Notes: a model not told the origin generated them from the letters alone. 64,000 bases of DNA from Pristiophorus japonicus (GCF_044704955.1 NC_091989.1:54188001-54252000); one strand, 5' to 3'; positions 36,672 through 48,764 are shown, numbered from the stretch's first letter. Numbers and translations are program-made.

Positions 36672-37539
36672 GCTTAGTATGGGAGGAGGATCAGGAGGTA
36701 GAGGAAAAAGCAATTAAGATCATGTATGAGAAGATTGTGAGGGCAGTGCCACAGGATTGGATGGAAGAAATAAATACATAAATCTCCAAAGGAGTTATAA
36801 GGCGTCCCACTTTTCCAAGCTTTCTGCTGGAGAAAGGGGAGGAATTGGTCCAATTTGACAACTAATACTCGAGATTTCTATGGGGTATAAAGAGAATGGA
36901 AATTTAAGACACCTGCTGGTCCGGAGTTTTGGCAGAATATATACCCACAGCTGGACTTCAACAGGATTTGAAAGGGAGTGTGGGCGAATTTTAAATGTCC
37001 AGAGTGGATTGAACTGGATTTCAAATTGGCACATAACCGGATTTTTACCATGATAGTCTTATGCAAGATTGGGCGAGTAGAGGTGGCAACTTGCCCAGTG
37101 TGTGGGATGTGGGATGAAACTCTGTCCCATTTGCTGGTGTTATGTCCGCAGTTAAAGGATTTTAAGTACTATGTTTAGCGGAGCAGCAATTAATTTAATG
37201 TTTAGTTTGGCTAGATTTGTGATTGTGCAAAGAAGGAATGCTCTGTTTTAAGGGGAGGAGAATAAACTATTTTAAATATAAACTAAAAGTTCATTATAAG
37301 GCTCTGTGGATGTTTTATTCAGAAAATAATTTAAAGATAGTATTTTATGATCAATTTGTAAAGTACAATAGATTAACATATGTTACAGGAGACAAAGTAA
37401 ACTTCAGGTTTTAATGTTAATATGTGTTGGATGAATGGCTGTGCAGAGAGACAGAATGAATTTGTATGATACAATGGAATGATCACAATGTTCTAAATGT
37501 TCTTAATTTTCAATAAATATTAATAATTTTTTTTTTTAA

Positions 37540-37990
37540 AGTGGACAGCACTCTCGCCTCTGAGTCAAAAGTTTGTGGGTTCAAGTCCCACTTCAGGCAC
37601 CCGAGCACAAAAAATCTAGACTGACACTCCTGTGCAGTGCTGAGGGAGCACTGCACTGTTGGAGGTGTCTTCTTTTGGATGAGACGTTAAACCGAGGCCC
37701 CGTTTGCTCTCTCAAGTGAACGTAAAAGATCACATGGCACTATTTCGAAGAAGGGCAGGGGAGCTATCCCCGGTGTCCTGGCCAATATTTATCCCTCAAT
37801 CAGCATAACAAAGAAACAGATTATGCAGTCATTATCACATGCTGTTTGTGGGAGCTTGCTGTATGCAAATTGGCTGCCACGTTTCCCGCATTACAACAGT
37901 GACTACACTTCAAAAGTATTTAATTGACTGTAAAGCGCTTTGAGACGTCCGGTGATCATGAAAGGCGCTATATAAATCCAAGTCTTTTTT
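37540..37990 (+). mobile_element. DeuSINE (SacSINE1-like) body
   Basis: B-box GGTTCAAGTCC, Deu-domain-like GGATGAGACGTTAAACCGAGG...AAAGATCACATGGCAC...CCCGGTGTCCTGGCCAA, and tail GGCGCTATATAAAT. Confidence 0.85.
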
Positions 37991-38984
37991 TAAGTGGAAT
38001 GTAATACCAGTCCAGTGTGAAGCTAGGTTCAAAATGGAACCCCTGGTCTGTTGGAACTCCCAGACACTTTATAAACATAGTACTGAGTATTTTAATGCTT
38101 TATAAAATTGAAATGTGCAGCCATGTTCTCAGCTCATTTAAAATTAGCAGTCATGTTCCTGGAGCATTTATAATTAGCTGCTGAACCCTGCACATTCAAT
38201 TAATATACATGTAGAGGTCTCTCCCGAAATGCAGAATGCAAATTTCCAGGTGCAGCCCATAGTATCGCCTTGGGTCAGACTCTATAATGTCCAGTATTAA
38301 TTCAATATAACTGCACTCTACCAGGAAATAAATGATCAAAATGCACTTTCTACTTTGAATATTGTGCACTTCATTTCCCCATTGGCAGGATTGATGCTCT
38401 GTCAACAACCTCAAACTCATCATGCCAAGAACGACTTACTGGCCAGGAGACTGACGACAGAATGTTGGGGATGATTATGCATGTATTTTCCAGTATTTAC
38501 CTTCCATCTCTGAAAAATAGTTAAGATCATTGGGGCCAAGTTTCGGCCTGAGTTGCGCCTGTTTTTTTGGAGCAACTGGTTTAGAATGGAGTATCTTAGA
38601 AATTGCAATTCTCAGCATTTAGATTTAGTTTGCTCCAGTTCTAGTCAGTTAGAATAGTTTCACTTTGGAACAGAATTTTTTTTTCAAAAGGGGGCGTGTC
38701 CGGCCACTTACGCCTGTTTTCAAAGTTTAGGCAGTGAAAACTTACTCCAAACTAACTTAGAATGGAGTAAGTGAAGATTTTTGTACGCTCGAAAAAACCT
38801 TGCCTACACTTAGAAAATCAGGCGTAGGTTACAAATTAGGCGTAGGGAATGGTGGGGGGGGGAAGGGAAGTAATTAAATTCTACAATCATTCAGCAGTCA
38901 TACTTATACAAATAAAGATCCAACCTGAATAAAAATTTATAAACAAAGCAAAGATTAAATAATCCATGTTCCTACCTGTGTGAA

Positions 38985-39385
38985 ACAGCAGCAGCCTTCG
39001 AGCTGCTGTGCTTCAGGCAGGTCTTCCATGTTGGAGACAGGCAGGGGTGGCATCAGTGTCTCGACGGCAGCCCCAACAGCGGCAGCAAGCAGCCTTCGAG
39101 CTGCGGTGCTTCAGGCAGGCCTTCCTTCCATCAGTGGCTGGCCGGCAGCCGAAGATAGAGCAGCAACCTTCGAGCTGCGAAGGGGACTGAGGCCATTCGG
39201 CCATGCGATAGGGGCGGCGTCAGTGGCTCAACGGCAGCCGAAGATACAGCAGCAGCCTTCGAGCTGCGAGGGGACTGAGGCCATTTGGCCACGGGATAGG
39301 GTCATCGTCAGTGACTGGACGGCAGGCAAAGACACAGCAATCAAGCAGCCTTCGAGCTGTGAGGGGGACTGAGGTCATTTGGCCA
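38985..39385. repeat. Imperfect internal repeats (core CAGCCTTCGAGCTG) upstream of the transposase
   Basis: About 5 copies of the core at 70-105 bp spacing. Confidence 0.75.
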
Positions 39386-39435
39386 GGGACAGGGAGAGGC
39401 AGCCACATAGACAGTTTTAAACGTAAATTTGCAGA

Positions 39436-40652
39436 ATGGGTGCTGCATTGTCAACACCACGTATTATGCAATGGTTTGCCATCAATTCACTGCATAGGAG
39501 AGAATTGATTAGAGCTCACCGCACCAGGAACGTCACAGCCCATAGGTGATGGGCAGGAGACCTTACCCACGTCGACAATATCGAGCCAGGTGCTCGTACC
39601 TGGACATGAGCGAGGCTGATTGTGTCAAAAGGCTGCGTTTCCGCAGAGATGTTGTCGCTGAGATCTGTGATATGCTGAGAGCAGATTTGCAGCCCAGAAG
39701 CAGAACGCCAACTGCCCTGTCTGTTGAAGTGAAGGTAACAGCTGCACTTTCTTTCTATGCCTCGGGATTGTTTCAGGCTACAATTGGAGATGTGTGTGCC
39801 ATCTCTCAACGTGCAATACATGGTTGCATTTACCAGGTCACGGCTACACTGTATGCACAAAGGAATGACTTCATCAATTTCCCAATGGCCGCACAAGCGA
39901 TCCATGAGAGGGCTGTGGGCTTCTTCAGGATTGCCGGCTTCCCAAAGGTACAGGGCTGCATTGATTGTACCCACACAGCCTTGCGAGCACCTGTGGAGGA
40001 TTCTGAACAGTACCGAAATAGGAAAGGTTTCCACTCTATCAATGTGCAGCTCGTGTGTGACGACAGGCAGCGCATCATGTCAGTCGATGCAAGATACCCT
40101 GGCAGCACCTATGATGCGTTCATCCTACGCGACAGCATTATATCTGACATGTTTGAGGAGCAGCCAGAAGGGCAGAGCTGGCTACTGGGAGACAAAGGAT
40201 ACCGCTTGACCACCAGGCTCATGACGCCCCTACGCGTGACATGGATGGAAGCTGGCCGTCATTACAACATGGCGCACATTGCGACGCGCAGCATCATTGA
40301 GAGGACCATTGGCATATTGAAACAGCGATTCCAATGCCTGGACCATTCTGGAGGACAGTTGCTATACTCTCCTCAGATTGTCGGTCACTTCACTGTTGTG
40401 TGCTGCATGCTTCATAACTTAGCCATCATGAGGCAGCAGGAGCTGGTAGTGGAACCAGAAGATCTACGTGAGGGTCCAGTGCATGATGATAATATTACGG
40501 ATCAGCAGGATGTGGATCATGATGACGATCAGGAAAGCATGCAAGTGCCTGATGCCGGAGCACGAGGTCGGAGGAGGGCCGTCCATCGTGCCCCTTTAAC
40601 GATTGCTCGAGCCTTGCGCCAGCAGCTCATCCGTAAACACTTCAATTTCTGA
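39436..40652 (+). CDS. Harbinger DDE transposase (HARBI1-like); 1-nt frameshift near 39545, open from 39549
   Basis: VKVTAALSFYASG, GCIDCTH (D), LLGDKGY (D), IIERTIGILK (E), CCMLHN. The upstream ATG at 39436 is out of frame by one base. Confidence 0.9.
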
Positions 40653-41356
40653 TGTCTGAGTGCTCTGCGACCACTGTTGCGCATGGACATGTTTAATCTT
40701 TGCAGTTGTTCCTACGTTGTGTTGTGTTAATGGAACATGAAACAGTTTTAATGAAAAAATATTTTATTGAAAAGTTAACGTCACTGTAATAAAATATTAG
40801 CTGTATCAAACTATACTTTTTAATATGATTCTTGAAGATCACTTAAAAACTTTAAGATCACTTATAAACTTGTAAAGCCTTGAAAGGAAGATGAGATACG
40901 TAAATGAGGCACTAACTGGAATGGAACAGGTTAGTGTACACCTTTGACTGCAAGACTGTTGGGGGATGGGGGGAGGTCGGGTAGCAGAAGGATAAACTGA
41001 TGTAAGGCAAGATTATGGCCGATTTCAGGAAGTACCTCTTCACATGAAGTGATTAATACCTAAAATGCTTCTCTGGGTAGGGTACAAAACAATCTCAATG
41101 TGAAAAATCTTACACTCTTAAGATCACTTAAACTTCAAGATCACTTGAAAATTAAATAAGTTACGGAATGTGAGAGCATTTACACTATAAGATCACTGAA
41201 AAACCCTGAGATCACTTATAAGTTGTAAAGTTACAAAACTTACAAAACAATTTCAATTTGAAAAGTGCTACTACAGCTACATCAAGAACAAGAACAAAAG
41301 CAGCAAAGAAAGGTTGCAACCATGTCTCATTCATATCTCAGTGAATGTTCACTTCC

Positions 41357-42974
41357 TCATGGGGGTGTCATTTGATTGGCCAGGCTGTATGCCCTTATTG
41401 CAGCAGCTACCTCAACCAGGCCCTCCCTGATGGCCTGTACTGTCGATTGCACTCCCTCGGACATTCCCTCCCTAAGTTCCCGTGTCATTACTGCTATTTC
41501 TCCCGTCAGGACCGTCAACTCTTCACCCATTGTACTGACGCCACCGATGGGTGATCGGGTAAGCTCATTGGTCTCCAGATCCAATGCCACAACCTGAGCC
41601 ACATCTGTTGCACGCTGCATCTCAGGAGAGCGTGTCTCCAATCTCCTTCTCCTCTGCCTGGGTCTGCCTCGTGGCACCACTACACTGGGAGGCGCGGGCA
41701 CGGACGGTGGGACGTTCGGTATTGCAAGCGGCACCACTACACAGGGAGGCGCGGGCTGGGACTGTGGCACGCTCTGTGTTCCAGACGGCAGAACTAGAGG
41801 GAGAGGCTCGAGCTGGGACAGTAGGACGCTCTGTGTTGCACGCGGCAGTCCTGGAGAGAGAGGCTCGGGCTGGGACGGTGGAACGCTCGGTGTTCCAGAC
41901 GACAGCACTCGAGTGCGAGCCGTGGGCTGGGATGGTGGGTGAATGGGTGTAAACTGCTCCATGATATCACCAGCATGACTGGGACCCACAGCGTCGGAAT
42001 CAAAACCATAGTAGGTGGAACCAGAACCTATGCAAGAGGGAGGCGCAGGCTCGGATGGTAGTGCACTGACTGTAGAATGCTGCATTATACCAGCAGCACC
42101 ACTGGGACCCGCAACATCGGAATCAAAACCATGGAAGGTAGAACCAAGACCTATGCTAGGGGTTGAAACTCTGGTGCCCCTTGATGGGGGCTCATAAACA
42201 TTAATTTGGAAGCTCTCCACTGCAGACATTTCAGTCATCGCTGTCATCATCCAGTCTGGTTGTACTGGTCCTTGTTCTGTATCCTTAGGATCTTCAGGGT
42301 TGGCAGCAGCAGCAGCATCATCATCATCATGTTCTGCAAAATACATCAGAACAGTCAAATGTTTAACAGCAAGGGAGGGGGCCGGATGGGTGGAATGAGT
42401 ACTCTCACACATCGCAGGTTAGGCAGCAGGTTGATTTAAAGGGCCACGATGCATTTTCAGGACTTACCCTCTTCCTCGCGTGCGGGCCCAGCTTGTGCTG
42501 TACTGATTGCTTTTCTCCATGTACGACTCATCATAGCAGCTATCCTTTGTTCCAAGGGTGTCAGTGGATGCAGATTGGGCGTGCCTCCTCCTGTCCGAGT
42601 TGCCTCCCTTTTGTTGTGGGCCAATTTCTTCTGCAAAGAGTAAAATATAACATTTTAGAGTCTGCAAGGTGGGACATACAGATAGCCAGGTTACAATTAC
42701 GATTAAATTAAAAATGGGAAATATTACTTACACTAACTACTTGACCAAGGTCATGCCATTTCTTTTTACACTGACTTCCAGATCTCATGGTATGCACCAC
42801 TGCGCAGTAATCTTCTGTAACTTGGTTCCAGCGTTTCTTCATTTCTTTTGGTGCCACTTTTATGCGACCTCTGTTGCTGGTATCTAGCTCCTGCCATCTC
42901 TGCTCAATTACGTTGACTAATATCTCCACTTCCTCATGCAAGAAATTCTTTGTTCTTGGTGGACGTTGATCCAT
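41357..42974 (-). CDS. Harbinger Myb/SANT DNA-binding protein, apparently intact (exons 42974-42732, 42630-42468, 42333-41357; 460 aa)
   Basis: [20 protein letters not shown]...W...[13 protein letters not shown] sites have compatible phases (243+163+977 nt). No internal stops. Confidence 0.85.
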
Positions 42975-43919
42975 TGCAAAGTTGAATTGGCACTCTTATT
43001 TCTCAAAACACACAGTCCTTAATTTGCATGTACCAATACAGCACCTGGAAGTTTTGCAGTGAAAAGCTGCACTCACTGATTTCAGCAGGTGATTTATTCA
43101 ACAGTGCTGCTAAAAGCACTCCTTCACACACAAAAATATCACTAAAATTAAATCTCAAGCCTTTCCAGGGGTCCACGAAACAAATCTTCACTTTTCCTCC
43201 AGTCCCTTTAAAAATGGCTGAGTGCTAATGTTTGTTTCACACTGCGTGTGCGCGCACGCTCCAACGCGCACTCGCAGGGTTACCGGCACGACGTTACCTT
43301 ATTTGAATTAGGCCCGCCCCCCACTGCTTAGAGAATCAGCGCGAGTGTCTGGCTCCGCCCCCCGCTGTGATCTGCGCGCCACGCCAAGCTGGTGAAGAGC
43401 TCCGAGAAGCCGAAGAATCTGGCAGTTTTTTACCTGCGCACTTTTGAGCGCGAAAAACGGGCGTCCAGTTCGGGGCTGCGCCATTCTAGGCGCGGCCTGA
43501 AACTTCGGCCCATTGTCACTGCCAGCTAGCAGGAAATACAATTCTTTTGATATGGAGTACATTAGGCTATAGTACATTTACAGAAGCCTTATGCCTTGTA
43601 TTATATTGTGATATAAAACATACAGTATATTATACCCAACATAAAGACCCTCGTGCTGTTGATCATTTGCTGCTCCTTTCGTGCTGACATTTTTGTCGTG
43701 TGTCTCTCATGCATGCGCACATACAACTTTCTTACTGTTGTCTACATTTCTTCTCCCCTAAGTATAGTCAGCTTGAAACATGATGTTGCTTTCCATTCAT
43801 CTCGGACTTTTCACTGTTTAGCAAATCTCTTTCTCTCCTCTTTCTTTGTCCGCTACGTGTCTCTATAAAGCCGTCCCACATATTCCTTTACTGATATAAA
43901 TATGTAGATCAAAGTCCTT

Positions 43920-44517
43920 GGGGCCAAACTTGGTGGACTCACCGCCCACTGCCGCTGAGTTTTCTGGGCGGTCTCCCCTCTGAGTGAGTTTGGTGGAGGC
44001 CTCTCGCCGGCGGGGAAGGAAAACTTCACTCCACTAACGCGCAACTCACCTAAGTGTCCTCCCGCCCGCCGAGCTGCCAGTTAGGTCCAGGCGGGAGTCC
44101 GCTGCAGCAGGGGGAAGTACTGTCGCATGGAGGTAGGTCTAACCTCAACGGTAAGTAAGAAGACCTGCAAAAAAAGGTCAATAAACTTCTTTTTATTTTT
44201 TTTCCAGCGATTCAGGTAGATGAGGTCCCCTGAAGGTTTTCCAATGCGTTTTTTTGAAAATTTAAATTTTTAAATGTTCCCCTCTCCCTGGGCCCGACCC
44301 AATCCTCGGCAGTACTTTGCCGAGGATTGCAAATGCTGCCGAGATTGGGAGGTCCTGCCCGCTGCCGCCCAGTTTCCTGGCGTAAGTCGTTTTTTTGCCG
44401 CCGGGCGGTCATTCCAGGACTTTCCCACAAAAATCCCGCCCAAAGTACCGTCAGGCATCTCAGCGATCCTTTGGGCAGCACTTGGGTGGAACTTAGCTTC
44501 TACCCAAGTTCGGGGCT
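43920..44517. mobile_element. Harbinger-type MITE (internally deleted paralogue at 46628-46900)
   Basis: TIRs GGGGCCAAACTTGG / CCAAGTTCGGGGCT. TSD CTT. Confidence 0.75.
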
Positions 44518-45120
44518 CTTGAGTATAAGGTAGAGCACACAGCAAGAAGAAAGCCAACATGTAATGATGGATACCAAACTGGATGAGGACAGGCTCGTGC
44601 AACACAAACACAGAGTTGAGAGAAATTGTTTGGAGGCTGACGACAAAAGGGAAGTGCAAGAACTCGAGTTGACCATCGTATGGAGTAGAAACAGAAGGTA
44701 AAGAGAAAGCTGGCACCCTGTGCCTGTTCTACGCTCTGGAAACTGAACAGGAAGTCTTCACCTGCCACCATTTTGGCAAATGTGGAGTAGGGGGGTGGGA
44801 GGAGGGTGATGACGAGAGAAAAGAGAGTAGATGGGGGGAGGTGTTACATAAAATGGCAATGGGATAAGAGTGGTTCCGAATGGAGAAAATGCCCAGGAGG
44901 AGGCTGTGGAAACATTGTGGTGGCTGGTTGGGGAAAGAGAGAGCGGGGTGAGAGAGAGAGTGGGGAATGAGAGAAAAATAACAAAACAAAGGCAGTGATT
45001 CTCCTTACCTCGCCGTGTCCGTGGCGGGCGATGTCGGTGGCTGGTCCCGTGTGTCCAGTATTAATTCAATATAAGTGCACTCTACCAGGAAATAAATGAT
45101 CAAAGTTCACTTTTTACTCT

Positions 45121-46036
45121 TTCTACTTGGGTGGCATTGCGAGCTGCAAGGAGGATGCTACGAGGCTGCAGGGAGACTTGGACAGGTTAGGTGAACGGGC
45201 AAATGCATGGCAGATGCAGTATAATGTGGATAAATGTGAGGTTATCCACTTTGGTGGCAAAAACAGGGAGGCAGATTTTATTATCTGAATGGTGACAGAT
45301 TAGTAAAAGGGGAGGTGCAACGAGACCTCTGTGTCATGGTACATCAGTCATTGAAGGTAGGCATCCAGGTACAGCAGGCAGTAAAGAAAGCAAATGGCAT
45401 GCTGGCCTTCATAGCGAGGGGATTTGAGTATAGGAGTAGGGAGGTCTTACTGCAGTTGTACAGGGCCTTGGTAAGACCACACCTTGAGTATTGTGTGCAG
45501 TTTTGGGCTCCTAATCTGAGGAAAGATGTGCTTGGTACTGAGGGAGTGCAGCGAAGGTTCACCAGGCTGATTCCCGGGATGGCAGGATTGATCTATGAGG
45601 AAAGACTGGATCGACTAGGCTTATACGCATTAGAATTTAGAAGAATGAGAGGGGATCTCATAGAAACGTATAAAATTCTGACAGGACTGGACAGGTTAGA
45701 TGCAGGAAGAATGTTCCCGATGTTGGGGAAGTCCAGAACCATGGGTCACAGTCTAAGGATAAGGGGTAAGCCATTTAGTACCGAGATGAGGAGAAACTTT
45801 TTCACCCAGAGAGTTGTCAACCTGTGGAATTCTCTACCACAGAAAGTTGTTGAGTCCAGTTCGTTGGACATATTCAGAAGGGAGTTAGATGTGGCCCTTA
45901 CAGCTAAAGGGATCAGGGGGTATGGAGAGAAGGATGGGGTGGGGTACTGAGGTTGTGTGATCAGCCATGATCATATTGAATGGTGGTGCAGGCTCGAAGG
46001 GCCGAATGGCCTGCACCTAAGTTCTACGTTTCTATG
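45121..46036 (+). mobile_element. CR1 LINE 3' fragment with TSD
   Basis: 211-aa ORF2 C-terminus. TSD TTACTCT at 45114-45120 and 46037-46043. Absent from duplication copy 1. Confidence 0.95.
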
Positions 46037-47499
46037 TTACTCTGAATATTGTGCACTCTTTTCCCAATTGGTAAGATTGATGCTCTGTCAACAATCTCAA
46101 ACTCAAATCATGCCAAGAACAACTTACTGGCCAGGAGACTGATGACAGAATGTTGGGGATGTTTCCTGATTCATTATGCATGTATTTTCCAGTATTTACC
46201 TTCCGAAAAATAGTTAAGATCATTGTCACTGCCACCTAGCAGGAAATACACTTTTTTTGATATGGAGTACATTAGGCTATAGTACATTTACAGAAGCATT
46301 ATGCCTTATAATATATTTTGATATAAAACATACAGTATATTATACCCAACATAAAGACCCTCGTGCTGTTGATCATTTGCTGCTCCTTTCGTGCTGACAT
46401 TTTTGTCGTGTGTCTCTCATGCATGTGCACATACAACTTTCTTACTGTTGTCTACATTTCTACTCCCCTAAGTATAGTCAGCTTTAAACATGATGTTGCT
46501 TTCCATTCATCTCGGACTTTTTGCCCTATTTAGCAAATCTCTTTCCTCTTTGTCTGTCTTCCATTTGTCTCTATAAAGCCGTCCCACATATTCCTTTACT
46601 GATATAAATATGTAGATCAAAGACCTTGGGGCCGAACTTGGTGGACTCACCGCCCACTGCCGCCGAGTTTTCTGGGCCCGACCCAATCCTCGGCGGTACT
46701 TTGCCGAGGATTGCAAATGCTGCCGAGATTGGGAGGTCCCACCCGCTGCCGCCCAGTTTCCTGGCGTAAGTCATTTTTTTGCTGCCGGGAGGTCATTCCA
46801 GGACTTTCCCACGAAACTCCCGCCCAAAGTACCGTCAGGCATCTCAGCGATCCTTTGGGCAGCACTTGGGTGGAACTTAGCTTCTACCCAAGTTCGGGGC
46901 TCTTGAGTATAAGGTAGAGCACACAGCAAGAAGAAAGCCAACATGTAATGATGGATACCAAACTGGATGAGGACAGGCTCGTTCAACACAAACACAGAGT
47001 TGAGAGAAATTGTTTGGAGGCTGACGACAAAAGGGAAGTGCAAGAACTCGAGTTGACCATCGTATGAAGTAGAAACAGAAGGTAAAGAAAAAGCTGGCAC
47101 CCTGTGCCTGTTCTACGCTCTGGAAACTGAACAGGAAGTCTTCACCTGCCACCATTTTGGCAAGTGTGGAGTGGAGGGGGGGAAGAGGGAGGTGACAGGA
47201 GAAAAGAGAGCAGATGGGGGAGGTGTTATATAGAATGGCAAAGGGATAAGAGTGGTTATGAATGGAGAAAATGCCCAGGAGGAGGCTGTGGAAACATTGT
47301 GGTTGTGGGTTGCGGAGAGAGAGAGCGGAGAGAGAGAGCGGGAAGAGAGGAATGAAAGAAGAGAGGCGAGAGATAGGGGAAAGAGAGAAAAATAACAAAA
47401 CAAAGGCAGCGATTTTCCTTACCTCGCAGGGTCCGTGGCGGGCGATGTCAGTGTCGGGCCCTAACACCACTGCTGGCCCCACCCCGCTCTCTTAAATGA

Positions 47500-48300
47500 C
47501 TTTCTGTTGATAGGGTTTGTTAAACCCGCCCAGCGCTTTTCCCGGTACAATTAGAGGAAGCGGGTTTGGTGACATCATTTCATGACACTTCATCAGCTTG
47601 TTTCCTTAAAGGGACCATGGTCAACTTTATTTTGATAGTTGTGCTGTCAGTGTTCTACAGCATTGAGGTGCTGCAAACACTGATAAGCATTGTTGTACAG
47701 AGGTGCACGGCTGCACCCAGGTCCTCCAGAAGCTTATGGAGGGAGTCAGATCACGCAGGGAGAGAAGAGACCTCCCCAGGAGACCAACACAGCCTGGTTG
47801 CACATTGCACTGGAGGACACAAGCAGGGATGTCGTCAGGAGGACCTGGCTGCAGTGGTGCAAACTTTTCAATGATCTCAGTAGATCACGAAATGTTACTG
47901 CAAATCCACACTCAACATCATCCTGCTGTGCCACTCAACACAGCCCCATCACTCTACCTTCTCTACCCTACTCCTACACATTCTTACTCACACCAACTTG
48001 CCTTACACCTCCACTTATCCCTCTCTATTTACATTATCACTTTGCCATCTCACTTGCCACCCCTCAAACTCACTCTCATCGTAGTGCAATCATACCAACT
48101 AACAACATACTCTTGGGTGTTTTATCCAATGTAAAGTTTTGGTTAATGTGGTGTCCAACATTGAAACCTTTACTTTCAATACTTTGTGTTCTTGGACACA
48201 ATTGTGTGCACCTTTAGAAGTGGCTTAGTGAGTTGCAGTGATCGGTGAGACATAACAGTACCCCTCACAATGATAGTGAGTGTGAAAGGATTGGCTTCGG
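47500..48300 (+). pseudogene. Degenerate Harbinger Myb exon-1 remnant
   Basis: PPQETNTAWLHIALEDTSRDVVRRTWLQWCKLFNDLSRS. Confidence 0.65.
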
Positions 48301-48419
48301 CATTGTAGGGATGCTTTCTGGTGTTGATGTGGGAAGGTGCCAACCTGGCAGATCATGTGTGAATGGTGGAATGTTTTTTTTAACAAAAACCACTGCCCCT
48401 TTTTTTTTCTCTTTCCCAC

Positions 48420-48762
48420 GGCAGCTGGTGATCAAAACGTCACTCACACACCATCTAGAATCAACCTTTGTTTCCGAACTTGTGCCATTACCATCTCATT
48501 TTTGCCCATCATCCCTTTTGTCTCTTCAATCACTCCTGCCTTCCACCCTATCACAGACTTTCCCTTTTGTTCTTTCCCCCTCTCCCCCTTTCATTGCCCC
48601 TGCATTTACTTAAAAATCTGTTCCAGTTCTGACGAAGGGTCACAGACCCGAAACGTTAACTGTGTTTCTCTCCACAGATGCTGCCTGACCTTCTGAGATT
48701 TCCAGCATTTTCTGTTTTTATTTCAAATTCCAGCATCCGCAATATTTTGCTTTTGTTCCTTT
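48420..48762 (+). mobile_element. Penelope-like element terminal repeat
   Basis: Pyrimidine-rich segment, hammerhead motif, then CTCCACAGATGCTGCCTGACC...TCCAGCATTTTCTG. Confidence 0.7.
48624..48662 (+). ncRNA. Minimal type I hammerhead ribozyme
   Basis: Stem I CAGTT/AACTG, core CTGACGA(A), stem II GGGTC-ACA-GACCC, GAAAC, palindromic AACGTT. Confidence 0.7.
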
Positions 48763-48764
48763 TT

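Larger units (their letters stand above)
30224..37414 (+). pseudogene. Tx1 family A ORF2 (APE endonuclease, RT, C-terminal Zn motif), split at 33168-36671
   Basis: SINMNGLR, VGDFNV, SDH, DQEKAIDRVSH, QYADDMT, CPVCGMWDETLSHLLVLC. Confidence 0.85.
28408..37539 (+). mobile_element. Full-length but decayed L1/Tx1-clade LINE (family A), interrupted by a Harbinger
   Basis: ORF1 and ORF2 remnants, AATAAA at ~37512 and an A/T tail. Flanked by an imperfect 14-bp TSD: AGTGGGGAGCACTC (28394-28407) and AGTGGACAGCACTC (37540-37553). Confidence 0.85.
38532..43511. mobile_element. Near-intact autonomous-type PIF/Harbinger transposon (~5 kb)
   Basis: Imperfect TIRs GGGGCCAAGTTTCGGCC / GGCCTGAAACTTCGGCCC. 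TSD ATT. Empty site GATCATTGTCACT in the duplicate copy at ~46218. Convergent transposase and Myb genes. Confidence 0.93.
38288..47455 (+). repeat. Local tandem duplication: copy 1 = 38288-45040 (with Harbinger), copy 2 = 45051-47455 (with CR1)
   Basis: Both copies start TGTCCAGTATTAATTCAATATAA and share long near-identical blocks, e.g. 43512-43960 vs 46222-46670 and 44290-44780 vs 46672-47165. Confidence 0.9.

Noticed and set aside
37541-37600. tRNA gene
   Set aside because: The A/B boxes belong to the SINE head. There is no full cloverleaf and the sequence continues into the Deu domain.
39546-40652. Domesticated host HARBI1 gene
   Set aside because: Enclosed by TIRs and a TSD, paired with a Myb gene, and absent from the paralogous empty site, so it is a transposon copy.
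46877-47482. 201-aa hydrophobic minus-strand ORF
   Set aside because: Built from CT-rich low-complexity sequence, non-ATG start, runs into a MITE end, and is not full length in copy 1.
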